Below, piece by piece: positions 40,013 to 52,365 of a stretch of 64,000 bases of DNA. Numbering within the stretch: the stretch's first letter is position 1; the number at the start of each line of letters is the position of its first letter. The translations under genes and the position numbers were made by a program. Under the pieces are notes generated by a model. The model was not told the DNA's origin, made no database searches, and saw nothing but the letters and a program-made list of their open reading frames with translations. The DNA is from Vicugna vicugna (lineage: Eukaryota): positions 2,072,917 through 2,136,916 of the forward strand of contig MU058418.1 in assembly GCA_013265495.1 (NCBI GenBank), read 5' to 3'.

Positions 40013-40162
40013 CTGATTCGTGTTCAGTTCCAGGGAGCTCGAACACGTCAGGTTCCTCAGGTAAGGACCCCCCGGTCTCCTTGGCTACCTCACCGGCCAC
40101 AGACCCTTCATGAAGTTCAGACTCCTCATCTTCAATCTCCTCTTCAGCTTCGGCTTCGGTTT
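40013..40162 (-). CDS. AK9: AK9 acidic exon (TEAEAEEEIEDEESELHEG...ELPGTEHES); acceptor position uncertain
   Basis: CAG|GTTAGA donor; open acidic frame; nearest in-phase AG is GGAAG| at 40164-40163. Confidence 0.75.
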
Positions 40163-40448
40163 CTTCCGTTTTTAGAAAAAATGAGAAGAAATAAATTACT
40201 TAGTTTAGGTCAACAAATATTTAACTGGGAATGGCCCCTGCTCTCCTTGAGCATGGGGTTTAACGTGGGAGACAGATACACACTCTCTCTCTCTTATCTA
40301 TTAAAACGCAGTGGGAAAGGATTATAGTCATACGCTCAGAGTGCTATGGGAACATTAGCCCAAGGATTCATTCCAAGAGGAAATGCAGAGAGAAGTCCCA
40401 ATACAAAATCAAATGACACATTATGAATCACATCAATTTTGTGTTTGC

Positions 40449-40522
40449 CTTTTGCTTTTGCATTCATTGTTTCCAACAGCCTTTGATTTTCTTCCTTCAG
40501 TCTCTGTTCTTCTGCAGCTTTT
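40449..40522 (-). CDS. AK9: AK9 exon (KAAEEQRLKEENQRLLETMNAKAK)
   Basis: tttcag| acceptor; inferred donor is non-canonical AAG|GCAAAC; 74 nt. Confidence 0.8.
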
Positions 40523-41220
40523 CTGAAATGAAAAGGTCCAAAATTTAATTATCTTTGGGAATTCAGATACCTCACAATATTATAGAATGTAAGGTCTATA
40601 ATGGTAAAAATAAAGAGTAAATTGTTTATAATATTCATTGTACTTTTACTTTACAACATAAATGTTTAATTTAGTTTATTGAAGCCAGTTAATTTTCAGG
40701 GTTTTTAAAAATTTGTTTGTTTCATGCCTTTTTTGGTAAGAAAAGTTGAAATGTTCTTTGAAGAATTTTGGCTATTAACTAGGAAACCTAGAAAAATGAA
40801 TAGCAGATTGTCTAACTCCAAGTTGAGAAGGTGAATGGGAGAATTTGTACCATTTTCCCTCTGATTAAATGAGAAATGTTCACAATATAGTGTTAAGTGA
40901 AAAAAAGTGTAATATAAAGCTATGTCTAATACAATTTTAATTTTGTATTTACAATGTATATAGATGATCATTAAAGGACTAGAAGAAAATGAATCAAACT
41001 GTTAATAGTAATTATCCCTGAATGGTGGCTTTCTGAGAGTTTTTAAATTTATTTCACATTTTTCACTTTAAAAGAATTTTTATATGAATACACAGAAAAT
41101 TTGTAAATTTATCTTTGTAATCAGAAAAATCATTTTCTGATTTTTTTTAACATAGTAATGATGAAACTTAAAGAGACTTGGGACATGGAAATTAAAGTAT
41201 CTGGAGGAAATCTGTTTTTT

Positions 41221-42661
41221 TTTTTTAATTGAAGTATAGTTGATTTACAATGTTGTGTTAATTTCTGATGTACAGCATAGTGATTCATTTACACATATAT
41301 ATTCCTTCTCATATTCTTTATTATAGGCCACTACAAGGTATTGAATATAGTTCCCTGTGCTATATACAGTAGGACCTTGTTGTTTATCTACTTTATATAT
41401 AGTAGTTAGTATCTACAAATCCCAAACACCCAATTATTCTCTCCCCAACCATTTCCCCAGCTGTAACCATGTTTGTTTTCTACGTCTATGAGTCTTGCCT
41501 CTGTTTTGTAAGTACGTTTGTGTCTTTTTTTTTTTCAGATTCTACTTGTAAGTGGTATCATATGATATTTTTCTTTCCTTCTGGCTTACTTCTCTTAGTA
41601 TGATGATCTCCAGGTCCATCCATGTTGCTGCAAATGGCATTATTTTATTCTTTTTTTTAATGGCTGAGTAGCATTCCATTGTATATATATACCACAACTT
41701 CTTTATCCAGTTATCTGTTCATGGACATTTAGGTTGCTTCCATATTTTGGCTATTGTAAATAGTGCTGCTGTGAACACTGGGTGCGTGTATCTTTTTGAA
41801 TTAGGGTTTCTTCCAGATATATGCCCAGGAGTGGGGTTGCTGGATCATAGGGTGAGCCCATTTTTAGTTTTTTAAAAAATTTCCATACTGTTTCCATAAT
41901 GGCTGCACCAAACTATATTCTCACCAACAACGTAGGAGGGTTCCCTTTTCTCCACACCCTCTCCAGCATTTGTTATTTGTGAATTTTTTTAATGATGGCC
42001 ATTCTCACTGGTGTGAGGTGATACCTCATTGTAGTTTTGATCAGCATTTCTCTGATAATTAGCAATATTGAACATTTTTTCATATGCCTATTGGTTATTT
42101 GTATATCTTTGGAGAAATGTTTGTTTAGGTCTTCTGCCCATTTTTGGATTGGGTTGTTTGTTTTTTTATTATTAAGTTGTATGAGCTGTTTGTATATTCT
42201 AAAAATTAAGCCTTTGTCAGTTGCATCATTTGCAAATATTTTCTCTGTAGGTTGTCTTTTCATTTTCTTTATGGTTTCCTTTGCTGTGCAAAAACTTATA
42301 ATAAATGTAATTAGGTCCCATTTGTTTATTTTTGCTTTTATTTCTACTGCCTAGGTAGATTGCCCCAGGAGAAAATTGCTATGATTTATATCAGAGAATG
42401 TTTTGCCTTTGTTCTCTTCTAGGAAGTAATAGTGTCTTGTCTTATGTTTAAGTCTTTAAGCCATTTTGAGTTAATTTTTGTGTAAGGTTTGAGAGAGTGT
42501 TCTAACTTCACTGATTTGCATGCAGCTGTCCAGTTTTCCCAACACTGCTTGTCAAAGAGACTGTCTTTTTTCCATTGTATATTCTTGCTGAAGATTAATT
42601 TGCTCATAGGTTGTCGAAGATTAATTGATCATAGGTGGGTGGGTTTATTTCTGGGCTCTCT
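41221..42661 (-). mobile_element. 5'-truncated LINE-1 (degraded ORF2 end and 3'UTR)
   Basis: ORF fragments [11 protein letters not shown]..., [12 protein letters not shown]; poly-T at 41215; 17-bp TSD gagg(a/g)aatctgtttttt at 41204-41220 and 42662-42678. Confidence 0.95.
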
Positions 42662-43529
42662 GAGGGAATCTGTTTTTTCATCAGGGTTGAAGCACTAAAC
42701 CTGCCTTAATGGTGAAGACAAGTATGAGGAAAGTTAGTAATATGATGAAGAAAGACATTATTTATTAAAGATTAAAACGAGTATACCTTTGACCTAGAAA
42801 TTCTGTATCTAGGAATTTAGCCCTCAGGTATTGGTACACTACTGCACAAAGAAACATGTATAAGAATGTTGACTGCGTCTTTAAAAATACTCAAATACTC
42901 ACCAACAGGGGACCAGTGAAGTAAAGTAGAGCCCATTCATATTAGCAGCCCACCCTGGGGTAGTCTTCTTTAGACTGCTCTATAGGCTGGTCATTGTCTC
43001 ATAGTCATTGTTCTTTGTGTTCTTTTCCCCTTCCTTCGAAAATCTTTATATATATACTCTTCAAAGACATTACTACACCTCTCCTCCCCACAGGTGTGTT
43101 TCTTAATATGGGGTGTTCTTCCGCTGTATTCTAAATTCTGCAATCCAGACTGAGGTCTTGGTGTAATTCAAATTCTCTTTGTTCAAGACCCAGACTCCTG
43201 GGTACTGTTTCTGTATTCCTTCCCCACTTGGTTCTGTGTGAATCAGCAGTCTTTCTACTTAGTTCAGGTGGGGCTCTTTTGTGAGATTTTCTTCATCCAA
43301 AACCTGGATACTGTGTCCTGCTGCTAAAAATCTGAGACCTGACAATAAGGAGGAAGAAATTTTGCTGCCAGTTTCTAGCCACTTATATACACCACTTGGA
43401 CAGATCGGTCAAAGACAAATAGTGATAATGGAAATTATCCTGCATTTGCCTGGCACATTTAGAAACTGATGCTGGAAAATCTGGAGAATTCAGCATGTCT
43501 GTAGATATTTGGCCAAAGATTTAATTCTT

Positions 43530-43688
43530 TTTTAAAAATTTTTATTTATTCATTTATTGTTTTTGTTTAGTTGTTTTGGGGGAGGTAATTAGGTTTATTT
43601 ATTTATTTTAATGCAGGAACTGGGGATTGAACCCAGGACCTTATGTATACTAGGCACACACTCTACCCCTGAGCTATACCCTCCCCCC
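43530..43688 (-). mobile_element. tRNA-Ala-derived SINE (camelid Vic-1-like)
   Basis: tatagctcaggggtagag...ggttcaatcccc on minus strand; TSD aagat(t/a)taattctt at 43516-43529 and 43689-43702. Confidence 0.88.
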
Positions 43689-45332
43689 AAGATATAATTC
43701 TTAATCCTGTTAATTTTATCCCTTTTCCAACCAAGTTGCAAAGCCTTTAAATGTGTCTCTGACCATATTTTTCTTTTACAACTGTTTTAAATTTCATTTT
43801 CTGCAATGTATAAAAAATGGTTATGTTTTGAAATATTCGTGAAGAATTTTTACAAACAACATATAGAACTGTAGAAAAGCCTGCTTCAAGGGCAATTCTC
43901 TGCCATTAAGAAATTTATAAAGATGTAAAAATTTAGAATCAAAAGAAATAAAAATTGATTATAGAGACAGCTCAGAAAATTCCACATGGTAAGAGGAAGG
44001 TGAAAATTAAGAGTTAGGAGAAAGTGGAGATCTCTTTTTCCTTTAAAAACATCTTAGGTTATATTTATTTTAACTTATAATCTACTTAAAATGTAGCAAA
44101 CCTCCAGTTTACAAATTGAAATCACATTAGCTTTGTTCTACTCTTATGTCAATACCCTCGTATGTTCTCAAATATGTGACTCTCACACGCGAGAAAAAAA
44201 TTAGGTAATCCCATAAATCTTAGTAGATTGTAGCTCCAATTTAAGAGCTAAAAGTAAATATAATTAAGTTTGCAATTATTGTCTTAACAAATACTTTTAG
44301 TCAATGTTATAAACAATAGTTTTATTAACTAATCTAACTAAATTATACTTCATATATGTTTGTGTTAAGTTCCTAAAGGAATGGCCAACTTAGGTGAACA
44401 ATGAACACTGATGCACACTTATCAGTTATCTATCCTCCATCCCTTACCCCACAACAATTACCCAAGCTCCATAATTTTGAGGGTTTAAAGAGTTCTCCTA
44501 AATGTCAGCTCAAACTGCTAGCATCTGAAGGGGAAAAGGAAATAGCATTTGAGAGAGCTCTATAGGTGTCATCATCAATAGTGGGAAGTCTAACAGGTTA
44601 ATATAAAGAAATTTAGTTTTTGAATGTCTCAGCCTTTATCACTTGGAGAAGTAGGAATCTCAGTGGATAAATTAAATAATTTTTACTATCTAAAGAGCAT
44701 GTTTCAGCAAGGAAGAACAATTAGCAAATTAAGCCACTCCCCTTTTTTTATACATTATTTTCTACTCTAAAGAACTTGATAGTTAATTAAAGTTTAGTCT
44801 TGACCCCAGCCTTGAACATATGGATATGTGTTTACATTTTGAAAAGTTCTTCATTGCACCCAGATTAGAGAATAAATTCTTGATGTTGAACCTGTAAGTT
44901 ATAAATAGCTAGTCTTGTTCTTTTCTTATGTAGAACTTAGTCTTTGGATTTTAGTCATATCACACAAGTGTATTTTCACTTTTTATCATATTATTTCTTT
45001 AATTTGTGGAATCTAGTTAGGAAAATTATTTAAGTCATAGTTAAATATGGTAGAAAAAAATATATCTTCCCTGTGCTCATTTTTTTACAGTATCTTTTGA
45101 AAGTAGATGTTTGCTTTAGACTGATTTGGGCTGTGAAAACATCCACAACTCTGTACTTTAGAGATTTTGGAAGTATTTGAGAAATTACTGTTTTCCTTAG
45201 AATTAGAATTGAATCTAGTTAGTAGACCACCATTTTTATATTAAAGATATTTCATAAATATGAATGATAAGTAGATATTTAACAACTGTAAGACATTTAT
45301 TAACTTATTTTATTTTGCCAGGTAGATTTTAC

Positions 45333-45447
45333 CTTTCTGCTTCTTCCTCTTTTTTTTTCTTTAGTAGTTCATCTAATAATCTTCCTAAAATCTTTGAGTC
45401 AATTTCTGGTTTATTCTCTAAATACAGTCTATTAAGCAAATATTTTC
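45333..45447 (-). CDS. AK9: AK9 exon (KYLLNRLYLENKPEIDSKILGRLLDELLKKKKEEEAE)
   Basis: tttcag| acceptor, AG|GTAAAA donor, 115 nt. Confidence 0.92.
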
Positions 45448-45740
45448 CTGAAATACAGATAAAGAGAGTAATATTAATTCTAAAGCTCTATAAAGTATAG
45501 TGAGATATATTTTAGAAATTAACAATAAAAAATTATTTCTGCCTATATCCAAATATATTTTCCTTTAAGTATTTATGTAATTAGAGCCCAAACTCTTTAA
45601 GAAACCATCTTAAATCCTTTCTGAAAGGTATATATTGACATGGCAAAAATAACTAAAATATAAAAAGAGGTAGTATAATAGATTCTCACTCTGGAAACTC
45701 TTTTGAAATATATTTTTTCTTAAGAGGCAAAATGACAGAA

Positions 45741-45876
45741 TATTCTTGGCCCCTCTCATCAGAGATTAGTTAACCATATATGTGTGGGTTTTTTCTGGGC
45801 TCTCTGTTCTGTTCCATTGGTCTGTGTGTCTGCTTTTATGGCAGTACCATCCTGTTTTGATTACTATAGCTGTATA
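45741..45876 (-). mobile_element. Internal LINE-1 ORF2 fragment without polyA
   Basis: Matches antisense of ~56735-56872; flanked by caaa(a/g)tgacagaa direct repeat. Confidence 0.8.
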
Positions 45877-46267
45877 CAAAGTGACAGAAAAATTAAAATT
45901 TAGTTCTGCTATATTTATATAGTTAGTATTTCCCATTTGAGGTGAATAAGGACTAATAGTTTTGCCCTCAGCCTTATTTGCATATTTTTAATTTAGAAGT
46001 TTTAGTGCTGACTGGGATGAGGGGAGTTAAATTCTCAGCTCCAAGGAATAATTATAAGGGCCTGCTGAAACATCCAGTGATCCAGCACACCATCCGTGGC
46101 TGCCTACTCAGGTGGCCTCATTTTGTGTACCTCTAGGTCATGAAGGGACTGCTGGGGGGGTATTTATACCTAGGGAAGGTGGAGAGTTTTCCATTTTCCA
46201 TTTTAACTAAAAATATTATCAGCAATAAAAATTTCACTTTAAAGTGACATGATAAATATTTACCAAC

Positions 46268-46424
46268 CATTGTTTTCTGTGTTTGATAAACAGATGACTA
46301 AATCAGGTAGAATTCCTTTGTCAGCTAAGACCATCCACAGTTCTCTCACAATAGGGCAGTTGTCCAGTATCCATCCTCCATATTTTGGGGCACCATGAAA
46401 CCTATTCTTGTTTTCTTCAACTAC
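46268..46424 (-). CDS. AK9: AK9 exon (VVEENKNRFHGAPKYGGWILDNCP...TENN)
   Basis: ttcacag| acceptor, G|GTTGGT in-frame donor, 157 nt. Confidence 0.92.
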
Positions 46425-46484
46425 CTGTGAAAATGACACATTGATATTACTATCATAGCTACACAAGTCAAGGATACTATCTCA

Positions 46485-46765
46485 TTTTTTTTAATTGAAG
46501 TATACAGTTTACAATGTTGTGTCAATTTCTGGTGTACAGCACAATGTCCCAGTCATCCATGTACGTACATAGATTTGTTTTCATATTCTTTTTCATTAAA
46601 GGTTATTACAAGATATTGAATATAGTTCCCTGCGCTACACAGAAGAAATTTGTTTTTTTTTAATCTATTTTCTTATATGTGGATAATATTTACAAATCTC
46701 AAGCTCCCAAATTTATGCTTTCCCACCCTCTTCCCTTTGGTAATCATAAGACTGTTTACTATGAC
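46485..46765 (-). mobile_element. LINE-1 3'UTR fragment
   Basis: poly-T then ttaattgaagtata..., similar to 41221-41480 and to reverse complement of ~58470-58715. Confidence 0.85.
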
Positions 46766-47589
46766 GAATGCTATCTTGACATATCACTTTTGTGGGCCTT
46801 AATGAAGGTTTGGGTTTTTCTGACTTTCAGAAGGAAAAAAAAAAGAGCCACTTCGTTTTAAAAGAGAGATTTAAATTTAAAGCAATAAAGCTGTAACTTA
46901 CAAAAATTAAGAACAGGGAAGCAAAAGTCTTTATTAAATAAATGTAACACTACATGTCTGCCATGTGTTATTCAGTATTACAAAATCCAGATCCTGATTT
47001 AGAAAGCCTAGGATAGGGCCCAAGAGTCTGTATTTCTAACACGCTCCCGGGTGACAGTGGTCCCTGGTCCACTCTTTAAGTAGTAAGGTCCTAGCCCAGT
47101 TTGCCTTTTTTTAGTGATAATGATCTTCACTTCCCTTTTGCTTTTCATCCCTTAGTATGAGAGCTAAGAGGTACTTAGATGGTTACTTACAGCTGTAGGA
47201 AGGAACTGGTTCAAAACAAATCTTGTAGGTGCTTAGTTCTGTCAAACTTTCTGTCAAACTTTCCCCTACCAGCCACCCAATAATAGCTTCAATACAAGTA
47301 TGGAGATTAGTGATGTGGATCTGTGAGTGCACCAATTGTGAAGGTTTTAAACAAGTTTCTGCGCCATCAGGTTACCACAGAGTGTTAGAAGTCAAAGGGA
47401 AAGAAATCTTGAGAGGAGTGGAGTAAGCCTCTGGCCTATGCAGAATTTAAGATTATCTGCTTTTTGAATTTCCATCTGAATGAAGAGCCTTTTGAAAAAT
47501 AGAATTTTAAAAACTTTGAATGTTTAACGTAAGAGAATTAGGGTGGGAAAAAAGCTATGAGGGAGAAGTATAAGTGAAAAAAGTTAGAC

Positions 47590-47970
47590 AAATTAGACAG
47601 AGAAAGACAAATACTATATGATCTCATTTATTTGTGGAATCCAGAAAAACCAACCCACAGAAAAAGAAAACGGATTGGTAGTTGCCACAGGCAGGGGTGG
47701 AGGTGGGAGGAAATTAGTGAAGTGGTTAGACAATACAAACATCCAGTTATAAGATAATTAAGTGCCAGGGATGTAATGTACAGCATGGTAACTATAGTTG
47801 TTAATACTGTATTGTATATTTGAAAGTTGCTAAGAAAAGCTCTCACCATACACACTGTAACTTACTGTAATAATCATTTCACAATGTTTACATATATCAA
47901 ATTATTATGTTGCATACTAAACTAATATGATGTTTTATGTCAATCACATATCAATGAAACTGGAAAAATG
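47590..47970 (+). mobile_element. Old LINE-1 3'UTR fragment
   Basis: gacagagaaagacaaatactatatgatctcatttatttgtggaatc and typical L1M 3'UTR. Confidence 0.8.
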
Positions 47971-50679
47971 AAATACAAGTGGTTAATAAAATTTTACTGT
48001 CCAAGTTTCAAAGATATGAAAATCAAAAAAAATCAATATATAATTTATAGTCTCCCCATCTCATCTGATTTTTTTTCTGAAAAATAATTTAATGGCTTCA
48101 TAGTATTTATCAAATGAATAAATCAATTTATTTAATCATCCTCTTACTGTTAAACATTTATACCATTCATAATTTTATTATAACATTGTGCTGATGTGAT
48201 GAACATCTGCATATATAAATCTTGTCCAAGTAAATATTTCTTTAGGTTAGATTCCCAGAAGTGTTTTTAGGTCAAAGAGAATAAAGGAATGAACATTTTA
48301 AAGGCTTTTCATACACGTTGTCATGTTCTTTCCATAATATCTCTAACAATTTTTACTCTTATGTGACTGTACCATTATAGCCTCACTAGTATGACTGTTA
48401 TAAGTTTCAAAAAATCTGTCAGTTTGACAGATGAGAAACGCTCTCATTTTTTTCATATTTTTATTGACATTTGAACTTTAAATTTTCCATTAACCTTTTA
48501 TATTTCTTTTTGATGAAATAATCTATTTACATCTTTCCCTGTTTTCATATTGGAGTATTAGATTTTCCTGATTTACAATAAATCTTTATAATAAGGGATT
48601 CATATGTCATAGTTATCATAAATACTTTCCTCAGTTTGACCTTTGCCTTAAAATTTTGATTTTCATGATTTTTTTTTTAAAAGAGAATCATTGCTAAGTA
48701 GCCTCTCAATTGAGATTTTGCTATAAGAGTTCTTCTATTGCATTTGTGCCTAGAGTACTTGACCATTCCAAAATCATTTCAGTATCACTACACTTTCTTC
48801 TAGTTTAAAAAAAATGCCATTTTTACATTTAACTATTCATATGGAATTTATTTTTATTTTGATACAAGGTGAGAATCTAAATTGTTTTCTTCCCACTAGT
48901 TAATTTTACCAACACTATTAAATAGTTCTTCCTTTCCTTTTGGATAATGATATAAACTTCAGCACAAATTCAATTTTTATCTATACCAAGGCCTGTTTCT
49001 GTGCCTTCTCTGTGATTGTGTTAGTTCTTGTTTGATTATCAGGCTTACATCCCACTGCAGCATCACAACACATTTTACTAGCTGGTACAGCAAGTCTCTA
49101 TTTTACTTTGCCAAACTATTCTCACCAAGTCTCAACCATTGGTTCTTTGAGTCATTTTGTCAGTTTTCCAAATACATTGATATTTTTATTACAGTTGCAT
49201 CAAATCTGTACATTGAGAAAGATATCTTAATAAGACTTTGGCTTTATATAAAAAATTAGTAACTACCTACTTTTAAAAAACAATTTCCTATTCATAGAGA
49301 TCATGGAAACTGATGACAAGTAGAACAAGTTCCCACACAGGTCTCTGTTCTCTTGAAAAAGACAATCTGATATGAGCTTTGGTGTTAAAATCTCATGTGA
49401 TTTAAACTCCTCTACGATCCCAGAGTCACAGTTTACCATATAACGACACTACATATATTCCTGTATCAAGAGTGTTTTAGTAGTACTCCCTGTAAGTTTG
49501 TATCCTCCAGAATAAACTCTGAAAAGAATGGTGAAAATTCTCAATGCAGGGCAAGGATGGGATATTCACAGACAGTAAGGATGCTAAAGACATCCCTCAC
49601 TTGGATGTCTCCTCCTCTGGGGTGCTCCGTCTCACCTCCCAGGTAGAGATGATAGCCTTGACCTTTGTGAAATTCCTATACCTTGCATATATCTAGTTAC
49701 CACATATTACATGATAGACAGATAACAATTATTGGATTATACGCTAGCTTCCCCTGCATGCCTGATAGCTCCTTAAAGGGAAGAGCTGTGTTTAATTCAT
49801 CTTCCTATCCCCCAGCTCTAGCACAGTACAGAGCAAACAGTAGGTGCTCAGAATGTTTCTGAAGGAATAAATTGATGACAGAACAACATGAAGAGTTGCA
49901 GAAGTTGAAAGACCTCTATGGGAAACTCAGAGAGGAATAGAAACTTGCCTTGGGTACAGCCTGGGGTTTGAGAATTTTACCCAATGTGTTACAGAGTGAT
50001 TCTATACTCTCAGGTAATATCTTTTTTTCTTCTCATAATTTTAAATTATTATCATTCTCAAATTACAGAGAAATACAGAAGTTGATTGAGAGACCAAACT
50101 GATTTGTTCTCTTTGACTTTTGCTCTGAATGCTTACCCAGGATCTCTGTACAAAACAGATCTTATGGTCTTTACAAGTTTTCTGATTTGCTAATGGTAGG
50201 ATATAGTACCCAAAGCTTTATTTTCCCCTTAGACTGGAAAATCAGTCGTGTGTCCAACCATCTCCTCTATGAATACATGTTCAAGGTGGTTGGATGATAT
50301 TAGTTAGCTATGGAGCAGTATTTGTCTTGCTTTACAACTGATTAGCTCATAGATGAAAAATCTAATTTTGGTACCTGCTTTATGTGCACCATCTTTTAAT
50401 CAATTGGACTGAATTAAACACAATAAAAGTTAATGAAGAATAAATGTCAAAGCTATGAAATTCTATTGCACAATTGTTGATACCTTGAAAATTTATATGC
50501 AGTTGTTCACTGGGGCACAATACACATTACAATGCTGATGGTGAAATGTACATGGATTTGAAGGCTACAGATTTCAGCTCTGTCATATGGGATTCTAAAA
50601 TAATTGTACATATACTGGGTTAACATTTTCTCAGATCCTGTGAAATCAATGATAAAAACAAAGAGCCTGGATTTCTTAC

Positions 50680-50807
50680 CTCTTGGAGGACTTCCTCTAA
50701 GATTTCAGCATGTTTTTCATATGGCTGTTGTAAATACATATCCTTTGCCACTTTTACAGTCTCCTTTATTATGGAAAGAACTTCTGGATGATCTGCAGTT
50801 ACCTCTT
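50680..50807 (-). CDS. AK9: AK9 exon (EVTADHPEVLSII...QPYEKHAEILEEVLQE)
   Basis: caatag| acceptor (TAGAAG NAGNAG), GAG|GTAAGA donor, 128 nt. Confidence 0.92.
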
Positions 50808-52281
50808 CTATTGTGTATTCTATTACACATAAAGTAAAATAAACCAGTAAACTATGCCATTAGTAATTTTAGTAAACAACGTTATTCGCAGTAGAATATG
50901 ATTGTAAATACCTGACCCCAGGAAGTACTATCTTCATGTTATTATACACATGCCAGAAAAAGGGAGAAATAGACTAGGGAGGAAATAAGTCAGGGATCAC
51001 AAAATATCAGAGTAGTGGCTTAAAGCCAGTGAATCAGAATGAAAGTGAATGAGGCAAGAAGAAAGTCATGTCAAGCAGGAGTCTAAACCCAGGGAGCTAG
51101 GGAGAAGAGGTAGGGCCAGGGGCTTCCAGGGGTCAAGCTCAAACACAAGCAGCTAGGGATTGAGTCAGAACACAAAACGAATACTTCTAAATACACGCAT
51201 GAGACTACACGGGACAGTAAGAGGACAGGAGATAGGCAAGTTGGAGGGGATGGAAGAAATGGTGGCACAGGCTGGTTTTTCAAGTGTTACCCTTGATTCT
51301 TGCCTCATTATGTGCTGAATGTTTCCTTACATGGCTGAGCTGCCTTACAAGTTGCATCATGAAGTAAATGTTCATCTACTCCTCTAAGGACTATGACAGG
51401 AGACTGACAGCTCCACCTGACTCCACTATCTCTGCCTTTCCAGTAGTGCTTCCTGAGCTGCTCCAAGGCTCCATCCATCAAGGTCTCTTGCCAGAACCAT
51501 TTGATCCTCACCCAGAAAAACCCCAAATGACCTATGAAGAGCAGCTGCCTGCTGTCCTCCCTGTCATGAAGTAAGAAGTCTGTTCTCAGGGATAGAGAGA
51601 GCCAGCAGCTCCTGGATAGCCAGAGTGGAAGACACAAGAACCTAAGATATTCCTGTAGTCTGGGAAAGGGGACATAATGTGGCAGAAACAGCCAGGCAAA
51701 TATACTGACTGTGCTAGAAGCTGCTAGCTGTCTACCTAATATCCAGTCTCCTCTTCCTTACTAACTGAACCCTGATTTTGTTAGGGTCAGCAATGTGCCC
51801 AGCTAAAAACACTACAGCTCCCAACTTCCCTTATAGTTTGGATGGCCGAGACAAGCAGATTTTTTCTTTATGAGTCATCTTGTTTTCTCTTTAAAGAGGA
51901 ATAACTCAGCTGGGTGGAGTGCCAGAGGGTTTTTGTCCCTTGCCTTTTCTCTCTTCTTTTTAGGCACACTGATATGATGGCTGGTGCATCAGCAGCCATC
52001 TTGTGAATTATTTTGGTAGCCACATGCCAGGAATGGCAGAATAGAAAGATAGCTCTCCTATCTTCCGAATATTCTTGTTCACCAAAACAATACATCACAT
52101 GTCTTTTTTCTGTGCTCCTGAATGTTCAACTGCTGATATAAGAGTAGCCTTTAAGATAAACTGGATATTAAGAATGCTTTTTAAAAAAGAATCACGTTTC
52201 TCCTTCAAAATTCTGAAGGATCTATTTGCGATTTTTAGATCCACAATCTAAAAGAACCAAATTACCCAAATATTAATTTAC

Positions 52282-52365
52282 CTTTTTTTGAATCCAGTTT
52301 TAGATCTTGGCTAGAGTCTTGAAGACTTCTTTTAAATGTAGACATTTCAAGGGTTTCTTTTTCAT
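52282..52365 (-). CDS. AK9: AK9 linker exon (EKETLEMSTFKRSLQDSSQDLKLDSKK)
   Basis: ttcacag| acceptor, G|GTAAAT donor, 84 nt, phase 1-1. Confidence 0.85.

Noticed and set aside
40172..40448. In-frame intron retention as an explanation for the odd splice sites
   Set aside because: 277 nt is not a multiple of 3 and read-through meets a TGA stop
43600..43688. tRNA-like sequence
   Set aside because: Degenerate, with an A-rich tail and TSD, so a SINE rather than a tRNA gene
51368..51574. 68-aa Pro-rich plus-strand ORF
   Set aside because: No recognisable family, splice context, polyA or TSD; cannot be supported without a search
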